From Pseudomonadota bacterium (GTDB taxonomy: Bacteria > Pseudomonadota > Alphaproteobacteria > Sphingomonadales > Sphingomonadaceae): a DNA stretch of 64,000 nucleotides. The stretch lies in contig JAEZCS010000058.1 of NCBI GenBank assembly GCA_023433445.1, positions 885 through 64,884 of the forward strand, in the 5' to 3' direction. The translations under genes were made by a program, and so were the position numbers. Below are positions 55,426 to 63,598 of this stretch, one piece after another (positions within the stretch are counted from its first letter, which is position 1; each line of letters opens with the position of its first letter). The notes beneath the pieces were generated by a model. The model did not search any database. It was not told the origin of the DNA and was given only the letters and a program-made list of their open reading frames with translations.

Positions 55426-56190
55426 TGATATGGATCAAGCCGCGAATATGGGTCACTTCCCCTTCTTCGCTCGACTGGGCGCAAGGTCGGGGACGTCTCC
55501 AAACTCTTCCTACCTTTCCCCAGTCGATTCCAGGCCTCGCCGCCTGCCTGCGCGCCTCCGCTTCGCTGCATAAGGGGCTCGGTATGAAAACCTGCCCCCG
55601 GCTCGATCCTTTCCCCAAAACCATGCGCCTTGGCGATGTGCCAATTCTGGACGAGTAAAGTTTTGCTAAAAAAATATGTCGATGCGTTAACTTTCTTACC
55701 CCTAGGAAAGCCGTGAGTTTGATGATGAACGCCCCAGTTTCTAGGTGCTTATCGGGCAAGAATAAGGGTCCATACTCAACTTTGGGTATATATCATCTGT
55801 TAGCTTTTTGTTAATTACTCACCCAGCGAAGGGGTAGTCTAAAAGAAAGTCGCCACCCTTACAGCGAGGCACTGATCAGTCGCTCCCAATGGAGACGGGG
55901 ACGATGGTTCAGCTACGTTGAAAGTTGGGGAAGTGGTCTATGTCGAAGAAGCACCTGACGGACAGGGCGATGCTGTTCATGACGCAGCCTTACTCTGCTT
56001 ATTCAGGAGTTCACCCGTCGCTCTGACGCGATGATCTGCGCCCCGACCGGGGGTCCATCCTTCTTAAAATTAGCTGCTGCCCCGGACGCTCACCCGTTCG
56101 GGCACTGACGACACGCATCTTCGCGTGACCTTTTGCCGGGGCCTGCCCCTGCGAAGCGACGCACGTGAAGCAAGCAAAAGGGCTTGAATA

Positions 56191-56703
56191 GTGAAGCATC
56201 TACGACTGGCCGTTCTTGGGATAGCCGTTTTGGCAACCCCCGTTTCAGCGCAAGAACTGAAATTTGAGTTCCGCAATCCTTCTTTCGGCGGAAACCCTTT
56301 CAACTCCGACCATCTGCTCGCCACGGCGACCGCGCAGCGGCCACCGCAAAAGTCGAACGGCGCTAACGGCACCGGGGAACTGACCGAGGCGCAGCTGTTC
56401 GCCCGTCAGATTCAGAGCCGGCTGCTGTCAGCCCTGTCGTCGAGCGTGGTGGAAGCCATCACCGGATCGGATCCGGGCACGTCGGGCGAGTTCACCGTGG
56501 GCGACCAGAAAATCTCCTTCGAACGTACGCTGCGCGAAATCCGCCTGAGCATCTTCGACAATTCGACCGGCGAGACGACCGACATCGTCGTTCCGGTGCT
56601 GACACTCAACACCGCGAACGCAGCCGCAGCATCGACCAACGGCTCGGTCGAAAGCTCGCTAGCCGCCAGCCTCACCGGCAACACCAGTCTGACGGGGCAG
56701 TAA
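56191..56703 (+). CDS. csgF: curli assembly component CsgF
   Basis: A signal peptide is followed by QELKFEFRNPSFGGNPFNSDHLLATATAQ, which parallels E. coli CsgF [29 protein letters not shown]. The later part, ..FARQIQSRLLSALSS.., also aligns. Confidence 0.88.
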   Translation: MKHLRLAVLGIAVLATPVSAQELKFEFRNPSFGGNPFNSDHLLATATAQRPPQKSNGANGTGELTEAQLFARQIQSRLLSALSSSVVEAITGSDPGTSGEFTVGDQKISFERTLREIRLSIFDNSTGETTDIVVPVLTLNTANAAAASTNGSVESSLAASLTGNTSLTGQ

Positions 56704-56704
56704 G

Positions 56705-57775
56705 ATGAACATCAGGGGGAATATCGTGAAGCGTTCGGCTGCTGCTGCGCTTGTCGGCTGCATGGCGGCCACTCTTGGGGGTTGTGCGGTCCCGCACGAA
56801 CTGGTGGCATCCGCCAGCTCCGCGCCGCAGATCGCGCCTGTCACGCCGGTCCAGCGTGACCTCATCTACCTACCGCCGCCGCCGCAGCCGGTGCCGATCG
56901 CAGTCTACAGCTTCACTGACCAGACCGGCCAGCTGAAGCCCTCGGAAAACATCCAGAGCCTCTCGCGCGCCGTGACCCAGGGCGGCACCAGCGTCCTTAT
57001 CAAGGCGCTGCGCGACGCGGGCAACGGCAACTGGTTCACCGTGGTGGAGCGCGAACGGCTCGATAACCTGCTCAAAGAGCGCCAGATCATCCGCGAAATG
57101 CGCCAGCGCTACCTGGGCGAGGCGGAAACGCCCTCCAGCGTCCTGCCCTCGCTGCTCTTCGCCGGCATCCTGCTCGAAGGCGGCATCATCGGCTATGACA
57201 GCAACACCCAGACCGGTGGCCTCGGCGCCCGGTTCCTCGGCATCGGCGGCGACATGCAGTATCGCCAGAACACGGTCACCGTCTATCTGCGCGCCATCAG
57301 CGTGAAGACGGGCGAAGTGCTGGGCAATGTCGTGACGTCGAAGACCGTCGCGTCTGTCGCGCTCAACACCAACGTCTTCAAGTTCGTCCAGTTCGACGAA
57401 CTGCTGGAAGGTGAAGCGGGCGTATCGGCCAACGAACCGGTGCAGATCGCGACGCAGGCCGCCATCGAAAAAGCGGTCTACGCCCTCATCATGGAAGGCG
57501 CGCAGCCCGGTGGCCGCCAGCTGTGGAGCTTTGCCGACACCGCTGCGGGCCAGACCTACCTCAATCATTATAAGGAAGAGAAGGAACGCGCCATCGCCGC
57601 CGCCTTCCGTCGGACGGGCCCCTATTACACTGACCCGATCGACGATCCGAAAAAGACCGCACGCGCCAAGGCCGCAAAGCCCCAGGCACGCGCATCTGAC
57701 GCCCGCCAGGCCGCACCGGCCAAGGTCGCCATCAACAACAAACCGAATTCCGCCGGTCAAACGACCGCGCGGTGA
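56705..57775 (+). CDS. csgG: curli secretion channel lipoprotein CsgG
   Basis: A lipobox (ATLGGC) is followed by ..PIAVYSFTDQTGQLKPS..SRAVTQGGTSVLIKALRDAG..WFTVVERERLDNLLKERQIIR.., which matches the CsgG core (VYN..DETGQ.KP..ST.V.Q.A..ML..AL..S.WF..LER..L.NLL.ER.I.R). A C-terminal Ala/Lys/Pro-rich tail of about 70 aa is extra. Confidence 0.92.
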   Translation: MNIRGNIVKRSAAAALVGCMAATLGGCAVPHELVASASSAPQIAPVTPVQRDLIYLPPPPQPVPIAVYSFTDQTGQLKPSENIQSLSRAVTQGGTSVLIKALRDAGNGNWFTVVERERLDNLLKERQIIREMRQRYLGEAETPSSVLPSLLFAGILLEGGIIGYDSNTQTGGLGARFLGIGGDMQYRQNTVTVYLRAISVKTGEVLGNVVTSKTVASVALNTNVFKFVQFDELLEGEAGVSANEPVQIATQAAIEKAVYALIMEGAQPGGRQLWSFADTAAGQTYLNHYKEEKERAIAAAFRRTGPYYTDPIDDPKKTARAKAAKPQARASDARQAAPAKVAINNKPNSAGQTTAR

Positions 57776-57925
57776 AGAAACTCATCCCTCCCGAGCGGGG
57801 GGAGAGTGTGACGAGCGGGCAAGGAAAATCGAAGGCCTGCCCGCCCGGCGCTACCGAATTGGGGAGCCGGTAAGCCTAGCCGCCGCACAACATCGCGGCA
57901 CTTGAGTTGAAACAGGAGGATTAAC

Positions 57926-59941
57926 ATGATCAAGAAGCTTCTTATCGGCGCTTCGGCGCTGGCATTGGCGACAGGCGTCGCTAATGCGCAGGTTGTTGGC
58001 ACGACGCCACCAATCAGCGGCAGCTACAACACGGCGACCATCGGAAACAACTATTCCGAAGTCGTTCAGAACGAGAACAACAACAGCGCGACGGTCGACC
58101 AGACCGCTCAGACGGGCCCCGCCAAGGCACGCTCGACCGTCGTGCAGGGCGTGGATGGTGTTGCCGGTTCGGGCGACAACCATGCCAAGGTGACGCAGTC
58201 GGGTACGGGCAAGAACTCTTCCTACGTCAAGCAAATCGGCACGAACCGTACCAACCTCGGTTACGAACCCGGCCTGTATCCCGTCCCCGCTGGTATCCCT
58301 GCTGGTTATGAGCAAAGCGTTGACATCAAGCAGAACAACAGCGGCAACTCGTCCAGCAATGCAAACAAGGCTGTTGTTCTTCAGGGCTCGCTGAACGCCG
58401 GCGGCCTCGCAAACCGCGCGGAAGTCGACCAGGACGGCCGCGGCAACGATGCAACGATCCAGCAGGGCGCCTTCAGCGGCGGCACTGACCCTGAAGAAGA
58501 CGGGCGCATGTTTGGCCGCATCGAACAGGACGGCAGCAACAACAAGGCGCAGACCCTGCAGGGCGAAATCGACTATTCGACCACCAAGCAGGACGGCGAA
58601 AGCAACGTTGCCTATGTGTCCCAGTCCCCTGGCAACGTGAACGGCAGCGACACTCTTGGCCGCCGCAGCACGGTTGACCAGGATGGCGACGATAACGGCG
58701 CCTACGTCCTTCAGACCGCCAACGACACGCGCAGCAGCGTCGAGCAAGACGGTGACGACAATGATGCTTTCGTGACCCAGACGGGCACGACCGCTTTCAG
58801 CGACATCAAGCAGGATGGCGATCGCAACCGTTCCGACGTGGTCCAAGGTGGTGCTCGCGCCAACAGCGACGTCGACCAGGTCGGCAACCGCAACTCTGCC
58901 AAGGTCACGCAGAATGGCGCTGATGGCATCAGCAAGGTCGATCAGTCGGGCAGCAGCTACGCAGTGATCTTCCCGATCGAAAATCACAAGGCGACCGTAA
59001 CTCAGAACTCAGCCGCCACTTCCTCCGACAGCTATGTCAAGCAGAGCGGCAACATCCACACGGCGACCGTCAACCAAGGCGCAAACCGCAACGACAGCGA
59101 CATCGTACAGTCGGGTCGTGGCAGCAGCGCTCTGGTCAACCAGAACGCCAACTCGGATTATGCCAAGAGCGACATCAACCAGTCGGGCAACCGCCACAAC
59201 GCGACGGTCAACCAGAACGCCAGCTATAACGACAGCAAGATCATTCAGAAGAATGGTTCGCTGCTCGTCGGTGGCAGCACTGCCACTGTAAATCAGCTAG
59301 CGGGCTCGGCCAACGCATCCAGCGAGATCCAGCAGAATGGCGAACTCAACCGGGCAACCGTCAACCAGTCGGGTCTGGGGATCGCTGGTGCTGGCACGCC
59401 TGAGAGCTACATCGAACAGGTCGGCACCGCGAACTTGGCCACGCTGAACCAGTCCGGCGACTTTTCTGAAAGCAACGTCAATCAGGACGGTCTGACTAAT
59501 GGTGCGCTCGTTACGCAGTCGGGTGCTCGCTCAGTGAGCGACATCGACCAGGTCGGCACGCTGAACGGCGCTCAGGTCACTCAGTCGGCTGCAAATGCGG
59601 TCAGCAGCACGACCACTAGCATCGTCAACCAGAACGGCACGGGCAACCTCAGCCTCGTCAGCCAGTCTGGCAACGCTGCCGGTGCGCGCAGCGAAATCAC
59701 CCAAAAGGGTGAGCTGAACTTCGCCGATGTTGCACAGTCGGGTTCGAAGGCGAAGAGCACGATCGTTCAGGACGGGCTCGCTAACCAGACCTTCGTGACT
59801 CAGACGAAATCCGACGTCGTCAGCATCGTCGGCCAGGACGGCATCGGCAACTACGCCACTGTTTTGCAGACTGCACAGGGCGCATCGTACAGCACGATCT
59901 CGCAGAACGGCAACGGCAACGTCGCCTCTGTCTCGCAGTAA
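57926..59941 (+). CDS. csgA: giant curlin-repeat amyloid subunit (CsgA-like), 671 aa
   Basis: A signal peptide (..ATGVANA) is followed by about 49 strand motifs of the form (S/A)x(V/I)xQ separated by xGxxN (my count). Examples: NSATVDQTAQ.., NHAKVTQSGTGKNSSYVKQ, GNRNSAKVTQNGADGISKVDQ, GNRHNATVNQNASYNDSKIIQ. Confidence 0.85.
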   Translation: MIKKLLIGASALALATGVANAQVVGTTPPISGSYNTATIGNNYSEVVQNENNNSATVDQTAQTGPAKARSTVVQGVDGVAGSGDNHAKVTQSGTGKNSSYVKQIGTNRTNLGYEPGLYPVPAGIPAGYEQSVDIKQNNSGNSSSNANKAVVLQGSLNAGGLANRAEVDQDGRGNDATIQQGAFSGGTDPEEDGRMFGRIEQDGSNNKAQTLQGEIDYSTTKQDGESNVAYVSQSPGNVNGSDTLGRRSTVDQDGDDNGAYVLQTANDTRSSVEQDGDDNDAFVTQTGTTAFSDIKQDGDRNRSDVVQGGARANSDVDQVGNRNSAKVTQNGADGISKVDQSGSSYAVIFPIENHKATVTQNSAATSSDSYVKQSGNIHTATVNQGANRNDSDIVQSGRGSSALVNQNANSDYAKSDINQSGNRHNATVNQNASYNDSKIIQKNGSLLVGGSTATVNQLAGSANASSEIQQNGELNRATVNQSGLGIAGAGTPESYIEQVGTANLATLNQSGDFSESNVNQDGLTNGALVTQSGARSVSDIDQVGTLNGAQVTQSAANAVSSTTTSIVNQNGTGNLSLVSQSGNAAGARSEITQKGELNFADVAQSGSKAKSTIVQDGLANQTFVTQTKSDVVSIVGQDGIGNYATVLQTAQGASYSTISQNGNGNVASVSQ

Positions 59942-59956
59942 TCGCGCACAAGAAGT

Positions 59957-59981
59957 GCGGGGCGGCGTCACGCCGTCCCGC
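59957..59981 (+). terminator. GC-rich hairpin after the 671-aa curlin gene (terminator/attenuator candidate)
   Basis: GCGGGGCGGCG-tca-CGCCGTCCCGC is an 11-bp stem with one mismatch, 16 nt after the stop. It is followed by pyrimidine-rich ATCCTTCTCCTC but no clean U-tract. Confidence 0.45.
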
Positions 59982-60068
59982 ATCCTTCTCCTCAGCGAAG
60001 CCGGGCGCTTTGTTCAGGTGAAGGATGATCGGCCATCTAAGGCCCGGAATGCCGAGAAGGAGCATGAC

Positions 60069-60992
60069 ATGCAGACGACAGGCAATTGGACGCGCAAGGC
60101 ACGCTTGATCGCGGCGCTCGGTTCGGCGGCGATGGCTACGCTGGCCGCATGCTCCGGCGCCAGCGCCCAGTCGATCGCCTTCATCGAGCAGGTGGGCGAT
60201 CGCAATGAAACCAGCATTACGCAACGTGGCGAAAACAACAGCGCTGCGGTTACGATCAAGGGCAGCGACAATGGCGCAGGAGTCGTGTCTTCACAGACCC
60301 GATCGCTGGTAGCCTATAATCGCCAGTCCTTGTTCGGAACGACGCTTCCCATCCTCTCCCCCCGTTCCGGCCCATCGGGCGGCACGCTCACCACGCCGGA
60401 GCTGGAAAGCGGCGTCGTTGACCAGAATGGCAAGGGCAATGTCGCCCGGGTCAACATCTTCGGCGATCAGAACCAATATCATGTCACGCAAAACGGTAAT
60501 TACAACGCGGCCGTTCAGGCGGTGCGCGGCGCTGACAACCAGGTCGGCATCGTCCAGAACGGCGTCGGCAGCGGCAACCTTGCCGTGCAGGCCCAGGCCG
60601 GTAACCTCAACAGCGCCATTGCCCTGCAGAATGGCGGCAACAATGTCGCGGTTCAGCTTCAGGGCGGCGTTGGAGCAGGGATCTTAGGCGCTTCTGTCAA
60701 ATTCGGCGCTGTTTCCCCAGCCGCCCTAGCTTCCAATCTCGGGGCCGCCAACTCTGCCGAAGTCAGCTTGTCGGCGATGTCTGGCGGCAGCGGCAATGTT
60801 TCGCTGCTCGAACAGAATGGTGACAACAACACTGCGCTGCTGGTGCAGGCCGGTAACAACAACAGCATCGCTTTGCGCCAACCGGGCGACAGCTATGCTG
60901 TCGTCACCCAGCTAGGCAACAACCACTCGATCGGCATTGATCAGCGCGCGGGTACGATGGGCACCAGCCCGATCAGCGTCACCCAATATTGA
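60069..60992 (+). CDS. curlin-repeat protein, 307 aa (CsgA/CsgB-like)
   Basis: The ATG at 60069 follows GAGAAGGAG. After a signal peptide (..ACSGASAQ) come SIAFIEQVGDRNETSITQRGENNSAAVTIKG.., ..NGKGNVARVNIFGDQNQYHVTQNGNYNAAVQ.. and ..NGDNNTALLVQAGNNNSIALRQ... It ends ..ISVTQY, like the E. coli CsgA C-terminus ..HQY. Confidence 0.8.
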   Translation: MQTTGNWTRKARLIAALGSAAMATLAACSGASAQSIAFIEQVGDRNETSITQRGENNSAAVTIKGSDNGAGVVSSQTRSLVAYNRQSLFGTTLPILSPRSGPSGGTLTTPELESGVVDQNGKGNVARVNIFGDQNQYHVTQNGNYNAAVQAVRGADNQVGIVQNGVGSGNLAVQAQAGNLNSAIALQNGGNNVAVQLQGGVGAGILGASVKFGAVSPAALASNLGAANSAEVSLSAMSGGSGNVSLLEQNGDNNTALLVQAGNNNSIALRQPGDSYAVVTQLGNNHSIGIDQRAGTMGTSPISVTQY

Positions 60993-60996
60993 CGCT

Positions 60997-61017
60997 TGGC
61001 CCGTCCCTGACGGGCCA
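60997..61017 (+). terminator. hairpin after the second curlin gene
   Basis: TGGCCCGT-ccctg-ACGGGCCA is an 8-bp perfect stem, 5 nt after the stop. There is no U-tract. Confidence 0.4.
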
Positions 61018-61051
61018 GCTCATCCACCCGCTACGGGCTCAGGAGTAGAAA

Positions 61052-62401
61052 ATGCGCATCAGGAACAATCTCTGGCTGCTCGGCGCGGGTGTTTCCTTGA
61101 GCCTGTCGCTGGCTACCCAAGCCGCCGCCCAGACCATAACCGCAGGCGACGGCATCCTCGTCACCGACATCCAGATCGCAGATACGCCGCAAAGCTTCAT
61201 CCAGGATCAGGTCTTCGCCAACGCGCTCGGCAAGTCGCAGGATGCCGGGCTCGTCAGCGATAATGCGCCCGACCGCAGCGACGTGCGCGGCTTCAACAAG
61301 GGCGATGTGCGCGGTGCCATCATCTCGGCCTTCAACTCCAGCGCCTCCTCGATCATCGGCAGCTTCAATCTCGATCAGGTGCCAGGGCTCCAGTTCACCA
61401 CCTTGGGCAACAAGGCGGCGGTCGAGCAGGACGGCCTGCGCAACCTTGCCAATATCAACCAGGCTGCGGGTAATGCAGGCTGGTCCGTCGTCAACCAGGC
61501 GGGCGAGGACAATGCGGCCCTCATTGAACAGGCCGACACCCGCGCGCCGGGTCAGCGTTCGCTCAACCGTGCCTATGTCGGGCAGGTCGGATCGGCGATC
61601 GGCTCGGGCAGCCTGCGCTATTCCAACTATGGCCGCATCCAGCAAACCCACCGCAGCTTCGACCTGTCGGCAGGCGCATTCAGCGGCAACAATCTCGCCA
61701 ACAATGCGACCATTCAGCAAGGCGGTTTCCGCGACGTCACGTTGCGCGAGGTGCCGGTCCAGTTCAACGCCGTCGCCGCGCGCAACGACGCCTTGATCGA
61801 GCAGGAGGGCGCCGAAAATGACGCGGTAATTCAGCAGGGCGCGGAAAGCCCCAATACCTTCGCCTTTGAAGTCGGCGACACGATCGGCCGCAACAATCGC
61901 GCCATCGTCAGACAGATCGGCTTCGGCAACCGAGGCGTCATTCTTCAGGAGGACGACGCCAACGCCATCACCCATCAGTATGGCTCCGACAATCTCGCCT
62001 TCGTCCGGCAGGATGGCGACGTCGTCGATGGCGGCCAATATAGCCTGATCGAACAAGGCCGCCTGGAAAATGGCGATGTGTCGTCCAACTTCGCGTCGGT
62101 GTTCCAGCGGGGCATCCTGCAGGAATCGACGATCCGCCAGAACAGCAACGGCAACGACGCCCATGTCTACCAGACAGCCGAGTCCGGCTATGCCCGGTCG
62201 ACGATCGAGCAGGGCGGCGGCAACGGCAATTATGCCAGCGTGCTGCAAAGCGCTGTCGCTGGCACTGTCGACATGGCGGTCGTCAGCCTTATTTCCCAAA
62301 CCGGCGCCAGCAATGAAGCCTTCGTGTCGCAACGAACCGCCGGAAGCATCAGCACGGTCGCCCAGAATGGCGATCGCAATTTTGCGCAGGTCCGCCAATA
62401 G
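61052..62401 (+). CDS. curlin-repeat-like secreted protein, 449 aa
   Basis: A signal peptide (..ATQAAAQ) is followed by degenerate repeats such as GNKAAVEQDGLRNLANINQAAGN.., GEDNAALIEQAD.., NNATIQQGG.., RNDALIEQEGAENDAVIQQGA.., GNDAHVYQTA.. and GDRNFAQVRQ at the C-terminus. Confidence 0.7.
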   Translation: MRIRNNLWLLGAGVSLSLSLATQAAAQTITAGDGILVTDIQIADTPQSFIQDQVFANALGKSQDAGLVSDNAPDRSDVRGFNKGDVRGAIISAFNSSASSIIGSFNLDQVPGLQFTTLGNKAAVEQDGLRNLANINQAAGNAGWSVVNQAGEDNAALIEQADTRAPGQRSLNRAYVGQVGSAIGSGSLRYSNYGRIQQTHRSFDLSAGAFSGNNLANNATIQQGGFRDVTLREVPVQFNAVAARNDALIEQEGAENDAVIQQGAESPNTFAFEVGDTIGRNNRAIVRQIGFGNRGVILQEDDANAITHQYGSDNLAFVRQDGDVVDGGQYSLIEQGRLENGDVSSNFASVFQRGILQESTIRQNSNGNDAHVYQTAESGYARSTIEQGGGNGNYASVLQSAVAGTVDMAVVSLISQTGASNEAFVSQRTAGSISTVAQNGDRNFAQVRQ

Positions 62402-62442
62402 ACTATAATGACCTGCGCACTTTCCCTCGACCGTTCAGCGAG

Positions 62443-63141
62443 ATGCCCATGCGAACCTTTCTGGCCCTGACGGCCCTGCTGGCCGGCCTATCACCGGCGC
62501 TTGCCCAGCGCAGCGACCTGGCTGTGGAACAATTGCCGGCGCGGTCGCCGGGTAGGGCTGTGCCGCAGGTCGGGGAGACAGGCGCGCGCGAGGCGGCCGG
62601 GCAGATATCCAGCAGCGCCAGCCAGGCGCCTGCGCTTCAGGGGCAGCTTTCTTCCCCCCGCACGGGCGGCGAGCCCGCGCTGCGGCAGATTGCGCCTCGC
62701 GTCGTCGGATCAGCCCCGACCTCGCAGCTCGCTGACCGCAATGTCAGCCCCCGGATCAACGCGCTTCCCCCCGGCCTGGTCGATGCCTGCGCGCGCGCCG
62801 CCGAAGGCAAGGGAGAGCCGCCCAAGGGCATCGATTGCACCACCGTGATAGAGGCCGCGCCGCCGCCGCCGCCAATGTCCGCGGAGGAAGCTCTGCTCAC
62901 CAGTGACGAAGAGCGTACGGCCCAGCGCACCGCGAGCGGTCAGCAGGCGCGCGGACGGGCCCCCGACGCCGCTGAAGTCGCGCGCCGCCTCAGCTCGGGC
63001 GACGTTTCCAACTCCCCGGTGGCGCAGGCAGTCGCAGCCGAAGCGGCCGCCAACACGCTCGCCAACTCTCGGCCGGCGGGCAATGGCCAGCCCGTCATCG
63101 TGCCCGGCGGCGGCACGGTCATCGTGCCGAGGGGAAATTGA
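62443..63141 (+). CDS. secreted Ala/Pro/Ser-rich low-complexity protein, unknown function
   Basis: 232 aa with a signal peptide (MPMRTFLALTALLAGLSPALAQ). The sequence is largely low-complexity, with one Cys pair (..LVDACARAAEGKGEPPKGIDCTT..). There is a 4-nt overlap with the CsgH-like gene. Confidence 0.5.
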   Translation: MPMRTFLALTALLAGLSPALAQRSDLAVEQLPARSPGRAVPQVGETGAREAAGQISSSASQAPALQGQLSSPRTGGEPALRQIAPRVVGSAPTSQLADRNVSPRINALPPGLVDACARAAEGKGEPPKGIDCTTVIEAAPPPPPMSAEEALLTSDEERTAQRTASGQQARGRAPDAAEVARRLSSGDVSNSPVAQAVAAEAAANTLANSRPAGNGQPVIVPGGGTVIVPRGN

Positions 63142-63506
63142 TCATGATCCGCCGCGTTTTCCTTTTATTGACCGGATGCCTGATGATCGCTCCTGCGCAC
63201 GCTGCCGAACCAGAGCTGAAAGCCAGCATCCTGGTCGAGGACGCGCCCAATGCCAGCAAGCAGTTCGTCGCCTATGTGACGACGCAGAAGCCCTTTGAGG
63301 GACGCTATGAACTGATCGGCGAAAAGAAGGGCGTGGCCGGCAACGCCCGCGTCAAGCAGGCGGGCGCGGTGAAGGCTGCTCCCCGTCAGAATGTGCGACT
63401 GTCGCATCTCGCATTCGGCGCGATTGCCGCCGACGATCATTATTCGGTGCTGTTGAAGATTTATCGCGGCAATGAACTGGTAGCCCAAGACCAGATAGTC
63501 AAATAG
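63138..63506 (+). CDS. csgH: CsgC/CsgH-family curli chaperone-like protein
   Basis: 122 aa with a signal peptide (..IAPAHA). The ~100-aa mature part, ..FEGRYELIGEKKGVAGNARVKQAGAVKAAPRQNVRLSHLAFGAIAADDHYSVLLKIYRGNELVA.., fits the G.Y.L...K.G..G.S...Q.G.......LS.......D.Y...L.v pattern I recall for alphaproteobacterial CsgH. The assignment is from memory only. Confidence 0.55.
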   Translation: MIMIRRVFLLLTGCLMIAPAHAAEPELKASILVEDAPNASKQFVAYVTTQKPFEGRYELIGEKKGVAGNARVKQAGAVKAAPRQNVRLSHLAFGAIAADDHYSVLLKIYRGNELVAQDQIVK

Positions 63507-63598
63507 TCCCAAAAAGGGACATTGCCCGACAGTAAATCGCGCTAACGATATTTTCATCCTGCATTTTTAGTCTGTTCCCGGGGACTGCCGGAGGACAA

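Noticed and set aside
55426-56190. Small ORFs in the ~770-bp region between the transposon and csgF (e.g. 55325..55759 -, 56011..56199 -, 56070..56372 -)
   Set aside because: They have no recognisable motifs and odd composition, and one crosses the transposon IR. The region is more likely a long regulatory leader for the curli operon. No CsgD/LuxR-type regulator could be read in any frame.
56870-62398. Long minus-strand ORFs over csgG and the curlin genes (56870..57760, 57851..58987, 61031..62398)
   Set aside because: They are mirror-image artefacts: the Asn/Gln/Gly/Ala-rich repeat genes lack stop codons on the opposite strand. The plus-strand products have signal peptides and curlin repeats, while the antisense products are Val/Asp/Ala/Leu-rich with no signal.
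57926-62401. Possibility that the periodic repeats are a CRISPR array or tandem DNA satellite
   Set aside because: The repeats are degenerate at the nucleotide level, in-frame and coding (curlin strand motifs). There are no identical direct repeats with unique spacers.
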